Origin: Candidatus Woesearchaeota archaeon
GTDB lineage: Archaea > Nanobdellota > Nanobdellia > SCGC-AAA011-G17 > JAGVZF01
Length of the DNA: 46,723 nucleotides
Assembly: GCA_018302805.1 (NCBI GenBank)
Contig: JAGVZD010000002.1
Location: 1-46,723, forward strand
Reading direction: 5' to 3'
Part shown: positions 1-9,211 of the stretch, one piece after another
How the letters are laid out: each line of letters opens with the position of its first letter
Numbering within the stretch: the stretch's first letter is position 1
The notes under the pieces: generated by a model
Databases searched by the model: none
What the model was told of the DNA's origin: nothing
Seen by the model: only the letters and a program-made list of their open reading frames with translations
Program-made: the position numbers and the translations under genes

Positions 1-257
1 CAGGTAAGAACCTTGTTGGGTGTACACTATATTCCACTTGTGAACCATGTCCTATGTGCTTTTATATGGCTTGGGTAACCGAAATATCTCGCTTAGTATA
101 TGGAGCAACAATTAGTGATTCTATTGCCGTCGGACTACCAGAAATTAAAATTAGTGTAAAAGAACTTAATAAAAGAGGAGCTAACAAAATGGAAATTGAG
201 GGAAATTTTCTAAGGGATGAATGCATAAATTTACTTAAAGAATTTCACAAAAAATGA
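1..257 (+). CDS. nucleoside/guanine deaminase family protein (5'-truncated by window edge)
   Basis: Frame is open upstream of the ORF-track Met and reads TLYSTCEPCPMCF, the CEPCxxC zinc motif of cytidine/deoxycytidylate deaminases. Confidence 0.8.
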   Translation, partial: GKNLVGCTLYSTCEPCPMCFYMAWVTEISRLVYGATISDSIAVGLPEIKISVKELNKRGANKMEIEGNFLRDECINLLKEFHKK

Positions 258-330
258 TTTATGCCTTTTGGGCTGTTTCTGTGTATAAATTAGCCCTATT
301 TTATCACTATTTACACAAAGCCTTCAGAAT

Positions 331-344
331 AGAAAGCTTTTTAA
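331..344 (+). promoter_or_regulatory. putative BRE/TATA promoter of dacZ
   Basis: AGAAAGCTTTTTAA at archaeal spacing from ATG 370, consistent with a leaderless transcript. Confidence 0.45.
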
Positions 345-369
345 CTAGAAAAGAGAAAAATTGCAGGCC

Positions 370-1203
370 ATGAACAATATTCAGAAATCAATCGGCCTTG
401 CTGCTGCAAAAATTGCAGAGGATATTGATGCAGATTGTATTGTTTCTGTTGAAAGAGTAATAAGTGAAAAATATAATATTGATGATCCTGAGATAGAAGT
501 AAAGGTTTCTTTTTTTAGAAAATTTAAGAAAGCTGTTTTTAGAAAAACTGAATATACAAAAAAATTAAGGGATTTGGATCAAGAGACTGTAGCTTTGCTC
601 AAAGAATTCTTAATGGAAGGAGTAAATAAAGATTATATTAAAAAAGGCGATAGAGTTGTTTGTGTTCTAGATGAAGCTATTGGGAGTATTTTAAATGGGC
701 TTCTTATAATTGATGTTGATAAATTATTCTTTGACATGAGTACACATAAAATAACTCAAAATGTAACTCCTGGTGTTATAGAATCTGTTTTAAGTATTTC
801 AAAAGAGTTATGTCAAGAAGGTAGAGAAGGAAAAAAAATTGGCACTACTTTTATTATTGGTAGAAGAGATGATGTTGTCAAACATACAAGACAATTAATA
901 ATTAATCCTTTTACTGGATATGCAGATGATGAAAGAAGTATTATGGACCCTGGTTTAAGAGAGACTATTAAAGAATTCTCACAACTGGATGGAGCTTTTG
1001 TTATTGATAATGATGGTACTATTATCACAGCTGGAGCTTATATTACAGCTAATACTGATAATATTGAAATTCCTAATGGTTTTGGAACAAGGCATAGGAG
1101 TGCTGCAGCAATTACAAAAGAGACTGATGCTATTGCAGTTGTAATCTCTGAAAGTAATAGTATTAGAGTTTTGAAAGACGGAAAGATTATAATGAGGATT
1201 TAA
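370..1203 (+). CDS. dacZ: diadenylate cyclase, archaeal DacZ type
   Basis: C-terminal DAC domain with LDGA and GTRHRSA motifs and GREGKKIGT; N-terminal extra domain as in archaeal DacZ; ATG at 370 lies ~26 nt after a TATA-like box. Confidence 0.85.
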   Translation: MNNIQKSIGLAAAKIAEDIDADCIVSVERVISEKYNIDDPEIEVKVSFFRKFKKAVFRKTEYTKKLRDLDQETVALLKEFLMEGVNKDYIKKGDRVVCVLDEAIGSILNGLLIIDVDKLFFDMSTHKITQNVTPGVIESVLSISKELCQEGREGKKIGTTFIIGRRDDVVKHTRQLIINPFTGYADDERSIMDPGLRETIKEFSQLDGAFVIDNDGTIITAGAYITANTDNIEIPNGFGTRHRSAAAITKETDAIAVVISESNSIRVLKDGKIIMRI

Positions 1204-1242
1204 TAAATTTAGATTTAAAGTAAGGCAAAGCGGTCTGCTTAT

Positions 1243-1602
1243 TTAATCGTTAAGAGTTAGAATCACTACCGGTTCTACCCAGATAATCTGTTCATTTTTT
1301 ATCAGGGATTCGGCAAAATCTCTCTCTTCACCAATGGGTACAATAACTCTGGCACCTTTTAATTTATCATCATAAAATTCAATTGTTAAGCCATAATTTT
1401 GAATAATGGTATTTGCCTGGTTTTCCGTTATATATTGGGCAAAGGATACAAATATTAGTCCTTCTTGATATGATAATGGACTGTCAAAAGCTTCTAACAT
1501 TCTATCTAAATCCCTTTGATCGGTCTGGGTACATCCATTAACTAGAATTATGGCTACAATAATTATTGAAAATTCTAAGAAATTTCCTTTCATTTTATTC
1601 AT
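1243..1602 (-). CDS. putative lipoprotein with subtilase propeptide/I9-like domain
   Basis: Signal peptide ending VNGC; IFVSF...ANTIIQNYGL...VIVPIGEE...IWVEP pattern resembles S8 propeptides. Confidence 0.5.
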   Translation of the reverse strand: MNKMKGNFLEFSIIIVAIILVNGCTQTDQRDLDRMLEAFDSPLSYQEGLIFVSFAQYITENQANTIIQNYGLTIEFYDDKLKGARVIVPIGEERDFAESLIKNEQIIWVEPVVILTLND

Positions 1603-1717
1603 TGTTTCAAGAATTCTATAAACTTTATATTATTATCGTTTTTGTATGAACAATATTGATTTTCTTTATAAGATAAAATCTAAACTTTTTTAAGTATAAC
1701 TATCAAGCTAATTCTAT

Positions 1718-1804
1718 GAGCCTGTAGCGCAGCTTGGATAGCGCGGCAGCCTCCTAATTTTGGAAGACAGCTGTAGGTCGTGGGTTCGAATCCCACCAGG
1801 CTCG
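1718..1804 (+). tRNA. tRNA-Arg(CCT) with 12-nt canonical intron (1757-1768)
   Basis: Acceptor GAGCCTG/CAGGCTC, anticodon stem GCAGC/GCTGT, T arm GTGGG-TTCGAAT-CCCAC. Confidence 0.9.
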
Positions 1805-1876
1805 CTATTGTAAAAATGAGTTGCAACAAATAATAATAAAATCTCCTTATAAATATTTATAGTAAAATTTAGTAGT

Positions 1877-2413
1877 CTAAATAATAAATCTCAAAATTGC
1901 TGCATTCTCTAATTTTTGGATCGCCATCAAATCTTCTAATTTCTTATTGTCAATTATTGCTCGAAAAATTCTTGATGGACCAGCATGAGTCATAACTAAA
2001 ATAGTTTCATAATTATTTAAATCCTTTAAATAAGTATAAAATTTGTTTATCCTATCCCAAACATCCCTTAGGCTTTCTCCTTGACATGGTCTACCTTCAT
2101 ATAAACCCCCTGGTAATTTATATAATTCTTCTGAAGTTAAAACCTTCCCTTCATATTCTCCGTAGGATCTTTCTCGTAATAAGGATGTAGTTACCATGGG
2201 AATACTGTGATATTTTAGGACTTCATTGGCTGTATGCAAACATCTAGAAAGATCACTTGAATAAATTATGTCTAATTTAAGGCCTTTTAGTGATTCTGAT
2301 AATTTCTTAGCTTGCAATTTCCCTTGTTCGGACAACCTACCTTGGCGCCAGCCCGTTGTAATATTTTGTATATTTTCTTCAGTTTCTCCATGTCTTGTGA
2401 CTATTAATTCCAT
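1877..2413 (-). CDS. histidine phosphatase (phosphoglycerate mutase family)
   Basis: RHGET, SSDLSRC, LRERSYG and THAG motifs; start moved to ATG 2413. Confidence 0.9.
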   Translation of the reverse strand: MELIVTRHGETEENIQNITTGWRQGRLSEQGKLQAKKLSESLKGLKLDIIYSSDLSRCLHTANEVLKYHSIPMVTTSLLRERSYGEYEGKVLTSEELYKLPGGLYEGRPCQGESLRDVWDRINKFYTYLKDLNNYETILVMTHAGPSRIFRAIIDNKKLEDLMAIQKLENAAILRFII

Positions 2414-2474
2414 ATTATTGAATTGCACCACAAATTTTATATAATATAGTTTTTAATTATTAAGAAGAGGAAGC

Positions 2475-2873
2475 ATGGATGATTGTATCTTCTGTAAAAT
2501 AATAAGAAAGGAAATTCCAAGTAGAATTGTTTATGAGGACAAACTTAGTTTTGCTTTCTTGGATATTAAACCTTATAATTTAGGGCATACTTTGGTAATT
2601 CCAAAAAAGCATTATCGATGGGTTTGGGATATAAAAGAGATTGATGAATTTTATAAATCTGTACGGAATATTGCTAATGCAATAAAAAAGGGATTAGGTA
2701 CTGACTATGTTGTATCATTAGTTTTTGGTGAAGCAGTCCCTCATGCTCATGTACATCTAATCCCTAGATTTAATAATGATGGTCATGGCAACGCAATTAA
2801 ATTAGGTAATTTCAAGAATATTTCTGAAGATGAACAATTAGATTCACTTAAAAAAATCCAAAGCTTTTTATAA
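2475..2873 (+). CDS. hit: HIT family hydrolase
   Basis: DCIFCKI N-terminus, GHTLVIPK, HAHVHLIPR histidine triad. Confidence 0.95.
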   Translation: MDDCIFCKIIRKEIPSRIVYEDKLSFAFLDIKPYNLGHTLVIPKKHYRWVWDIKEIDEFYKSVRNIANAIKKGLGTDYVVSLVFGEAVPHAHVHLIPRFNNDGHGNAIKLGNFKNISEDEQLDSLKKIQSFL

Positions 2874-2901
2874 CTTATTTTGAAGCTATTTCTTATATTT
2901 T

Positions 2902-2990
2902 GGCGCTGTAGCTCAGCCTGGTAGACCTTTTGGCCAGTTAGCAATGGTCTCATGAGCCATGGGCCGGGAGTTCAAATCTCCTCAGCGCCA
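2902..2990 (+). tRNA. tRNA with CAT anticodon (probably elongator Met; Ile2 not excluded) with ~15-nt D-arm intron (~2925-2939)
   Basis: Acceptor GGCGCTG/CAGCGCC, anticodon arm ATGGT-CTCATGA-GCCAT, T arm GGGAG-TTCAAAT-CTCCT; D stem GCTC/GAGC restored only after removing ~15 nt. Confidence 0.85.
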
Positions 2991-3758
2991 TATATTATAA
3001 TATTCTAAATTCAGTTTATCTCTAATCCTTCTCTTATTATTTGGATAAGGGTATTTTAATTTTTCATCATAAACTTTTGAGTATTCATAAAAAGTATTTA
3101 ATTTGCAGAAATGTTTGGAGTTAATAAAACCTATTTTTCGGCAAAATAAATCCAAGTTACGCGGACCATTAAATTGAAACCTATATTGATCTTGAAGGTG
3201 TCTAAATCCACCATCTAGTTTTAGCCTTTTTGCCTTGTAAATGTGTCCTTGTAAACCCGAATCTGATAAAAATTTAAAAATTCCAAGAATTAGGGGTTTG
3301 GATATTCCATTTGCTTCAATTCTGGGATAAAATTTGTTGGGATTTTTTGTCAATACTAAACTTCCATCTGTTGCAATGAATCCCCTTGTAACGTTTATCA
3401 TCAGGTTATATTTATTAAAAAAATCGGGAATTGATATCATAGGACCCTTATGGCCCACAATAAACCCAAGGTCTTTTAACTTATTAAACAAAATTATATC
3501 TTCAAATCTAAGATCTAAGCTCCCAAGATTGGGCCTTTCGTGATATTTAACATCTCTGTTATTTAAGTCTTTAACTAGTGGTATAATTAAAGAATCAAAG
3601 AATTCTTTATCACCATAAATGCTTCCTGTTATACAAATCGTATGCTTAGTATGTCTTTTGTAAACTCCGTTAGATAGGCACCCATCACCTAGCATTATTC
3701 CATAAAATAATGCTAACTTTTCTTCATAATTTAAAAATTCAATTCCTTTAAAAGCCAT
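2982..3758 (-). CDS. free-standing double-motif LAGLIDADG endonuclease
   Basis: Motifs FYGIMLGDGCL and VTRGFIATDGSL; C-terminal F..KIGF.NSKH typical of intein-type LAGLIDADG domains; no intein splice residues or host gene. Confidence 0.85.
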   Translation of the reverse strand: MAFKGIEFLNYEEKLALFYGIMLGDGCLSNGVYKRHTKHTICITGSIYGDKEFFDSLIIPLVKDLNNRDVKYHERPNLGSLDLRFEDIILFNKLKDLGFIVGHKGPMISIPDFFNKYNLMINVTRGFIATDGSLVLTKNPNKFYPRIEANGISKPLILGIFKFLSDSGLQGHIYKAKRLKLDGGFRHLQDQYRFQFNGPRNLDLFCRKIGFINSKHFCKLNTFYEYSKVYDEKLKYPYPNNKRRIRDKLNLEYYNIWR

Positions 3759-3900
3759 GTATAAATTAAGTAATTTAATAATTAAAATATATGTGAGAAA
3801 TAATATTAATATTGCATTTGCTAAATAAATTTAAGCAGCGTCATTAAAATAAACCTCTTATCTAGAAAACTTTAAATAATCACAGACTTGATAAATTATA

Positions 3901-4164
3901 ATGAATGCAAGAATAAAATATGGTATTTTATTCGGAATTCTCGGTCTTATTTTAGGTATTATGGCAGCCCTATTCTTAGGTGTTATGTTATATGGTATTT
4001 TTTGGCTTTTTATTTTTGGTGATGATAAATGGCCATCTTATGCATACTCATTAATTTATGTTATAATAACTATTGTTTTTTTAGTGATTGCATGTGTGTT
4101 TGTATATCTAGGAGTTAAACGTGGTTCAAAAAAAGACTCTAATAAGAAATATAGAAAAAATTAA
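3901..4164 (+). CDS. small membrane protein (2 TM)
   Basis: Two long hydrophobic segments and a basic tail. Confidence 0.65.
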   Translation: MNARIKYGILFGILGLILGIMAALFLGVMLYGIFWLFIFGDDKWPSYAYSLIYVIITIVFLVIACVFVYLGVKRGSKKDSNKKYRKN

Positions 4165-4211
4165 AAGTATTTTTAAGTTTCTAAAATAAATTTAAACTAA
4201 AAATAGTAACT

Positions 4212-5129
4212 TTAATTATAGGTTAATCTTAAGAAATCTTTTATTTTCATATTATTTACGTACTTCTTGTCTTTCAATTCTAAATAATATTTACTTTTTA
4301 CTACTTTATTCTCTTCTATTCTGCAATTTCCCCATCCGGGGTTCTTCCAATCAATTCCCCAATTATAATTGATATAGCAAAACGCCTTAACATTATTATG
4401 GTTTTTAATCCATTTAAAATATGGATCAAACCACTCATTCCAGCAATCTTCTCCTTTTAATATACCTACCCTTGCTGCAGACGATTCACAAATAATTAAA
4501 GGTTTTTTATGTTTTTTCGATTCTTTATAGAAATCTTCAGTTACTTTGTCTTTGTTATCTTTAAAATGTCTAACTCCAAATAAATCATTACCGAACCAGT
4601 CAATATAGTTGTCGCCAGGATAGAATTTCAAAATGTCCTTAATGTTTTTGTTAAAAGCAGTACAGGCACACCAAATAAAAGCTACATTTTTGATATTATT
4701 TTTTCAAAAAGAATTAACAATATATCTAAAAGCCCTAATGTAGTCTTTAGCATTATAATTGTGAGAAGGATTATTAAATTCGTAGCCGATTCTTAAAAAA
4801 GTCGGATTCCTTAAATTTTTTATTTTTTTGCAAAGAGATGTCAATTCTTTGTCGTATTTTCTTTCAAAAATTTCCCTACATTGAGAACCTTTTTCTCTAG
4901 TCTTTAGATTTAACCCAATTTGAGGAATTAACTCTTTTGATATATTTTGCATTTCTTTTAGTTTTTTAGAAAAATTAAGACTAATTTCATTAATCCTAAT
5001 ATACATCATATAAAGAATTGGTTTAGATTTATATAGGGCACTAGAGTAGTTTTTAAAAGTAGTTGGACTTTGTCCTGCACCATGGATTACTTTATTTCCT
5101 ATAGGCTCAAATTTTTGATTATAATCCAT
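4212..5129 (-). pseudogene. GH26-like glycoside hydrolase interrupted by one in-frame TGA (4704-4706)
   Basis: LRIGYEFN in the upstream ORF; FYPGDNYIDWFG and KPLIICES in the downstream ORF; the 72 nt between them are in frame and open (KNNIKNVAFIWCACTAFNKNIKDI). Confidence 0.75.
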
Positions 5130-5177
5130 AAAATAAATAGTTTTTACTTACTTAAAAAATTTTGGAAAATAGAAATG

Positions 5178-6893
5178 CTATATCAATCCAGCTTTAATTT
5201 CTTTTAAGATATTTTTATAATAATACTTACCCCATTTCCTAATCTGGGTTTTATTTAAATGATCTAAATAATCTGCTATTTTTTGACCTGTTATAAATTC
5301 TGGAAGAACTACAAAATCTGCGCCATTCTCATACAAAACTTTAAGTTCAATTAAATCTTTTGTAGTTACAAAAATTAATCCATTTTTGTTAACTTTTCTA
5401 AATTCCCTAATGATTTCTAAATTATTTTCTAGATTATGGATTGTAGAAATTACATAATGTGGTTTTACTTTAAATAATTCCTCTATAAAATCTTGATCAG
5501 AAACATCACCAAATATGCAATCAATACCCTGTTTTTTCAAATTGGAAATCACATCAGGATTAAAGTCAACTGTCAGAAATTTCTTATTTGATTTATTCAA
5601 TGATTTAATAACATTATAACCTGTTCTGTGCCCACCTAATAAAATAATATCATATTTTTTATTCTCTAAAGAAACAATTTCTTCTTTTAATTTTTTTCTC
5701 TCAAAAATAGTTAGATATCTTGAGAATAATACATATAATTTGTCATTATATAATATCAAATATGTTGAAATTGTAATGGTAATTAAACCTACTAATGTTA
5801 TTAGTGTTGTTATTCTCTCGTTTAAATGATTAACCTTAAGACCAAGATTTACTAAAATGAGTGAGAACTCGCTAATTTGAACAATAGCTAAACTAATTAA
5901 GAAATTTGTTCTTTTTTTATAACCTATAAAGGCACCAATAACTAATAGTATTAACAATTTCCCAATTATGACAAATATTGATAAGATTAAAGCTGGAATT
6001 ATAACTGACTTTATTGAATTTACAGCCATACCTAGACCAAGATTTACGAAAAATATTACTATGAAAAAATCTCTTAATGGTTTTATTTTATTTAGTATAG
6101 TATAATTATAAGGGATTACAGTTAAGCTAACGCCTGCTAAGAATGCACCTATTTCGACACTTAAGCCTGCAATATAAGCTAGGGAAGCCAAAAGAAAACA
6201 CCAGGCAATACTTGCAATGAATAGTAATTCTGGAGAAGAATACATCAAGTTAAATATTCTTTTTAGGAAATATTTACTTGAGATTACAACAAAAATTATT
6301 AATGAAAGACCTTTGATGATGATGATTGTAGCTGATAATAAATTAAATGAACCATTTCCTAAACTTGTGACTAAAATTAAAGCTAATATTGCTACAAAAT
6401 CCTGAACTAATAATACACCTACTAAAATTTTCCCATATAATGTGTCTATGCTATTTTTATCAGACAATAGTTTTACTATGATAACAGTGCTGCTAAAAGT
6501 TATTGCTAAGCCAATATACAGTGATTCAACATTACTAAATCCAAGGGCTTTAGATATAAAATAACCAAAAAAGAATGTTATTATAATTTGGAGTAAACCT
6601 ATTATTAAAGATGATTTACCAGTTTTCTTCAATGTAGAGAAATTGAGACTTAAACCTATTAAGAAAAGAAGGAAAGCTATCCCTATTTCAGCAAATAAAT
6701 GTATAGTTTCAGAAGGTGTTGCTATTTTCAAAAATAATGGTCCGAGAATTATTCCAGTGAATATATATGCTAATATTGGGGGTTGTTTTAATACCTTGGC
6801 AATAATAGAAAGAATTGTTGCAATTAATAGTATTATACTTATATTTAAGAGAAGACTAGAACTAAATACTGATGTCATCTCTTCTATAACCAT
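5178..6893 (-). CDS. Kef/CPA2-type cation:proton antiporter with C-terminal RCK/TrkA-N domain
   Basis: Multiple TM helices, FSSTVII and LLVQD CPA2 motifs, QISEFS, C-terminal IFGDVSD/GADFVV. Confidence 0.9.
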   Translation of the reverse strand: MVIEEMTSVFSSSLLLNISIILLIATILSIIAKVLKQPPILAYIFTGIILGPLFLKIATPSETIHLFAEIGIAFLLFLIGLSLNFSTLKKTGKSSLIIGLLQIIITFFFGYFISKALGFSNVESLYIGLAITFSSTVIIVKLLSDKNSIDTLYGKILVGVLLVQDFVAILALILVTSLGNGSFNLLSATIIIIKGLSLIIFVVISSKYFLKRIFNLMYSSPELLFIASIAWCFLLASLAYIAGLSVEIGAFLAGVSLTVIPYNYTILNKIKPLRDFFIVIFFVNLGLGMAVNSIKSVIIPALILSIFVIIGKLLILLVIGAFIGYKKRTNFLISLAIVQISEFSLILVNLGLKVNHLNERITTLITLVGLITITISTYLILYNDKLYVLFSRYLTIFERKKLKEEIVSLENKKYDIILLGGHRTGYNVIKSLNKSNKKFLTVDFNPDVISNLKKQGIDCIFGDVSDQDFIEELFKVKPHYVISTIHNLENNLEIIREFRKVNKNGLIFVTTKDLIELKVLYENGADFVVLPEFITGQKIADYLDHLNKTQIRKWGKYYYKNILKEIKAGLI

Positions 6894-6965
6894 TTTGAAA
6901 AAAGTGTTTTAGTTGTTTATAAATTTAATTCTTTTTATAGCAATAGTATTAAGAAGAATAAAAAT

Positions 6966-7256
6966 TTATTTCTTTGCTAAAGTTATTTCTATTGTGCTAA
7001 CCCTGATTAATTTTTGTTCCTTGTTTTCGAATTCTTCGCTGTCAATTTTTATATCTTTTATTGTGACCGTATTTTCAAGGAATCTCTTAGTAGACACTTC
7101 TGCTATGTCCACCGCCCTGGAGATGAATTTTCCTCTTGCTTTAATAACTACTTCTGCTGCACCTTGTGTTGTGAATTGCATTACAACACCTGTAACATAG
7201 TTCATAAATGGTTTTCCTCCAACAAAAACAATGTGATCATCTGCATTTTCTGCCAT
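6966..7256 (-). CDS. albA: DNA/RNA-binding protein Alba
   Basis: VGGKPFMNYV, IKARGKFISRAVD, VSTIEI; GGAGGT RBS before ATG 7256. Confidence 0.95.
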   Translation of the reverse strand: MAENADDHIVFVGGKPFMNYVTGVVMQFTTQGAAEVVIKARGKFISRAVDIAEVSTKRFLENTVTIKDIKIDSEEFENKEQKLIRVSTIEITLAKK

Positions 7257-7277
7257 ATTAGTTACCTCCATCTGTCT

Positions 7278-7481
7278 TTACTTTTTTTCCTTCAGCTCTT
7301 TTTGTTTTTTTAATCGTGTTAAGTACCCTGCAATTGAATTTTTTAGTTTCTTCGAAGGTATGTCCGCATAAAAAGTTGCTATCTTTTTATTAGAATCAAA
7401 ATCTGATTTGACTTCGTCAGGATGCTGCTTAAATATTTCTATTGCTGTTCTCTTCACAAGTATTGTTTTAATTCTTCCCAT
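7278..7481 (-). CDS. rps17e: 30S ribosomal protein S17e
   Basis: MGRIKT...SKKLKNSIAGYLT. Confidence 0.95.
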   Translation of the reverse strand: MGRIKTILVKRTAIEIFKQHPDEVKSDFDSNKKIATFYADIPSKKLKNSIAGYLTRLKKQKELKEKK

Positions 7482-7513
7482 ATTGTCACTTTATCAGAAT
7501 AACTTTATAAATG

Positions 7514-8809
7514 TTATGTTTTCTTTCTAGTCCTCTTATTTAATCCAGCTTGGAAGCTCATCCTTGATGCATAATTTAGTGGATTTTTGAATTTGTCACA
7601 GTAACTACACTTTATATTTAAGCTAGAATAGTACGCTTCATTATCGCAATTGGGCGGCATAATATCTTGGGTTTGCCTTTTATGCCAACTTAATTGAGTT
7701 TTTATATAATTATCGGGTAAGGGTTCACTATTTTTCTTATTCCAAGAATAAATTAGGGGTTCTATGTCTGTAAAAGAATAATTAGATTTCTTTAGAAAAG
7801 TAATCAATATAAAAAGAGCTCTTTTCTTTCCATCTGCTTTCATCCCACTCAGAATTTTTTTAATGCAGTCTGGAAAGTAAATATCACTGATTTTTACAGA
7901 ATCTGTATATTTTTGAGTACCGCCTACTCTTGGGATTTCTGGAGCTTTCTGTTTGGTTTGCCAGTCCAAAGCTTGAATAAATAATTGTTTTGCTTCATTT
8001 TCAACAAAATCGTCTGTATTTAGGAAATTTACTGTAGCTTCTACGTTTTCTAGCTTAGCACTGGATAAATCAAAATTCTTTAATGAGTTTTTAGTAATGG
8101 GAATACTAGCTAATCCTGATTTTTCATTAATTGAATATGGGGCTCTAAACATATGCCTACTTGAAATTAAAATAGAATCAATATCAAGTAACGAATAGGG
8201 ATTAAGCTTACCTTCAATTACTAGGGATTTATAATCAATCTTATATTTATTTTCGAGCTCCTTAAGTGTATATTTCTGCTGTATTTCCTTAGCCAGTGGT
8301 TCTTTTATCATACCTTTGATGAAATTTGCAATTATTCTTGAAAATTCTGGAAACATTAGATTAACATCGAGATTATTAGCCTTTTTTGGTATTGCTTTAT
8401 AAGGGAGAGCTATATGAAAACCCTTATTGCCTGAGAATTTTATACTGGGGTTTTGAATATCATAATAGTTTAATGCTTCTAAGATTAATTCTGCTGTTAT
8501 TCTTGACATTTCTATATCAAGACCGTCTATATCAAGAACTAGATCCCAACCTATTCTCAAATTGTCTAATTCTTTCCTAGACATTCCAGTTTTTAAGATT
8601 AAAGGATTGGACCAAAGCTCTTCAGAGACATGAAATGAAGTCACTCCTTGTCTAGCTAACTCCACTATATCTTCATCGAATTGTAATATATCTGGTCTTT
8701 TCCCAAAACCTTTATCTCCAAATTTAAAACTTACTTCCCTATTTGAAGATATATTTAAAATAGACCTCTTAATATCATTTCTTGAATAATAATTAATTAT
8801 TGGGTGCAT
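7514..8809 (-). CDS. priS: DNA primase, fused small subunit plus large-subunit Fe-S domain
   Basis: WDLVLDID and FSGNKGFH AEP motifs; C-terminal FPDCI...PPNC...CSYC cysteines of PriL. Confidence 0.9.
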   Translation of the reverse strand: MHPIINYYSRNDIKRSILNISSNREVSFKFGDKGFGKRPDILQFDEDIVELARQGVTSFHVSEELWSNPLILKTGMSRKELDNLRIGWDLVLDIDGLDIEMSRITAELILEALNYYDIQNPSIKFSGNKGFHIALPYKAIPKKANNLDVNLMFPEFSRIIANFIKGMIKEPLAKEIQQKYTLKELENKYKIDYKSLVIEGKLNPYSLLDIDSILISSRHMFRAPYSINEKSGLASIPITKNSLKNFDLSSAKLENVEATVNFLNTDDFVENEAKQLFIQALDWQTKQKAPEIPRVGGTQKYTDSVKISDIYFPDCIKKILSGMKADGKKRALFILITFLKKSNYSFTDIEPLIYSWNKKNSEPLPDNYIKTQLSWHKRQTQDIMPPNCDNEAYYSSLNIKCSYCDKFKNPLNYASRMSFQAGLNKRTRKKT

Positions 8810-8812
8810 CTT

Positions 8813-9211
8813 TTACTCTAGAAGACTTTGGATATTTTCTATATGATTATATATCTTTATTAATTCTTGCTTTAAGGCATCTTCTGCTTCTTTAAGTTCA
8901 TCTATTTTTTGTTTTATTAATTGCTCTGTTTCATAAGGACTTTTTTGGACCAAAACATTTGCACCTACATTCACCAAGAGTTTTTCTGTATCTTCTAGTT
9001 CTGCCTTAATAAAAATTCCTGGAAGAACTTGAGTAAAAATTTTAGGTTTATTCTTTATTTCCTTAAATTCATTTAAATGTTGTATTTGATTAGATAACTC
9101 AGTAATCTGGTTAGAAACTAGTGTCAATTGATCTTGAATTTGCTGAAATTGATTGGTAAGTATTTGTAATTCTAAATAATTTTTTTGTAATTCTTCTTTT
9201 TCGTTTGGCAT
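8813..9211 (-). CDS. pfdA: prefoldin alpha subunit
   Basis: Coiled coils flanking GIFIKA..LLVNVGA hairpins. Confidence 0.9.
   Translation of the reverse strand: MPNEKEELQKNYLELQILTNQFQQIQDQLTLVSNQITELSNQIQHLNEFKEIKNKPKIFTQVLPGIFIKAELEDTEKLLVNVGANVLVQKSPYETEQLIKQKIDELKEAEDALKQELIKIYNHIENIQSLLE

Noticed and set aside
2982-3758. LAGLIDADG ORF as part of an intein or tRNA intron
   Set aside because: No flanking extein or C-terminal HN motif, and the gene lies outside and antisense to a complete tRNA.
4704-4706. Genome-wide TGA reassignment or selenocysteine
   Set aside because: TGA terminates other intact genes in the window, the position is not a Cys/Trp/Gly-type site, and I saw no SECIS-like element.
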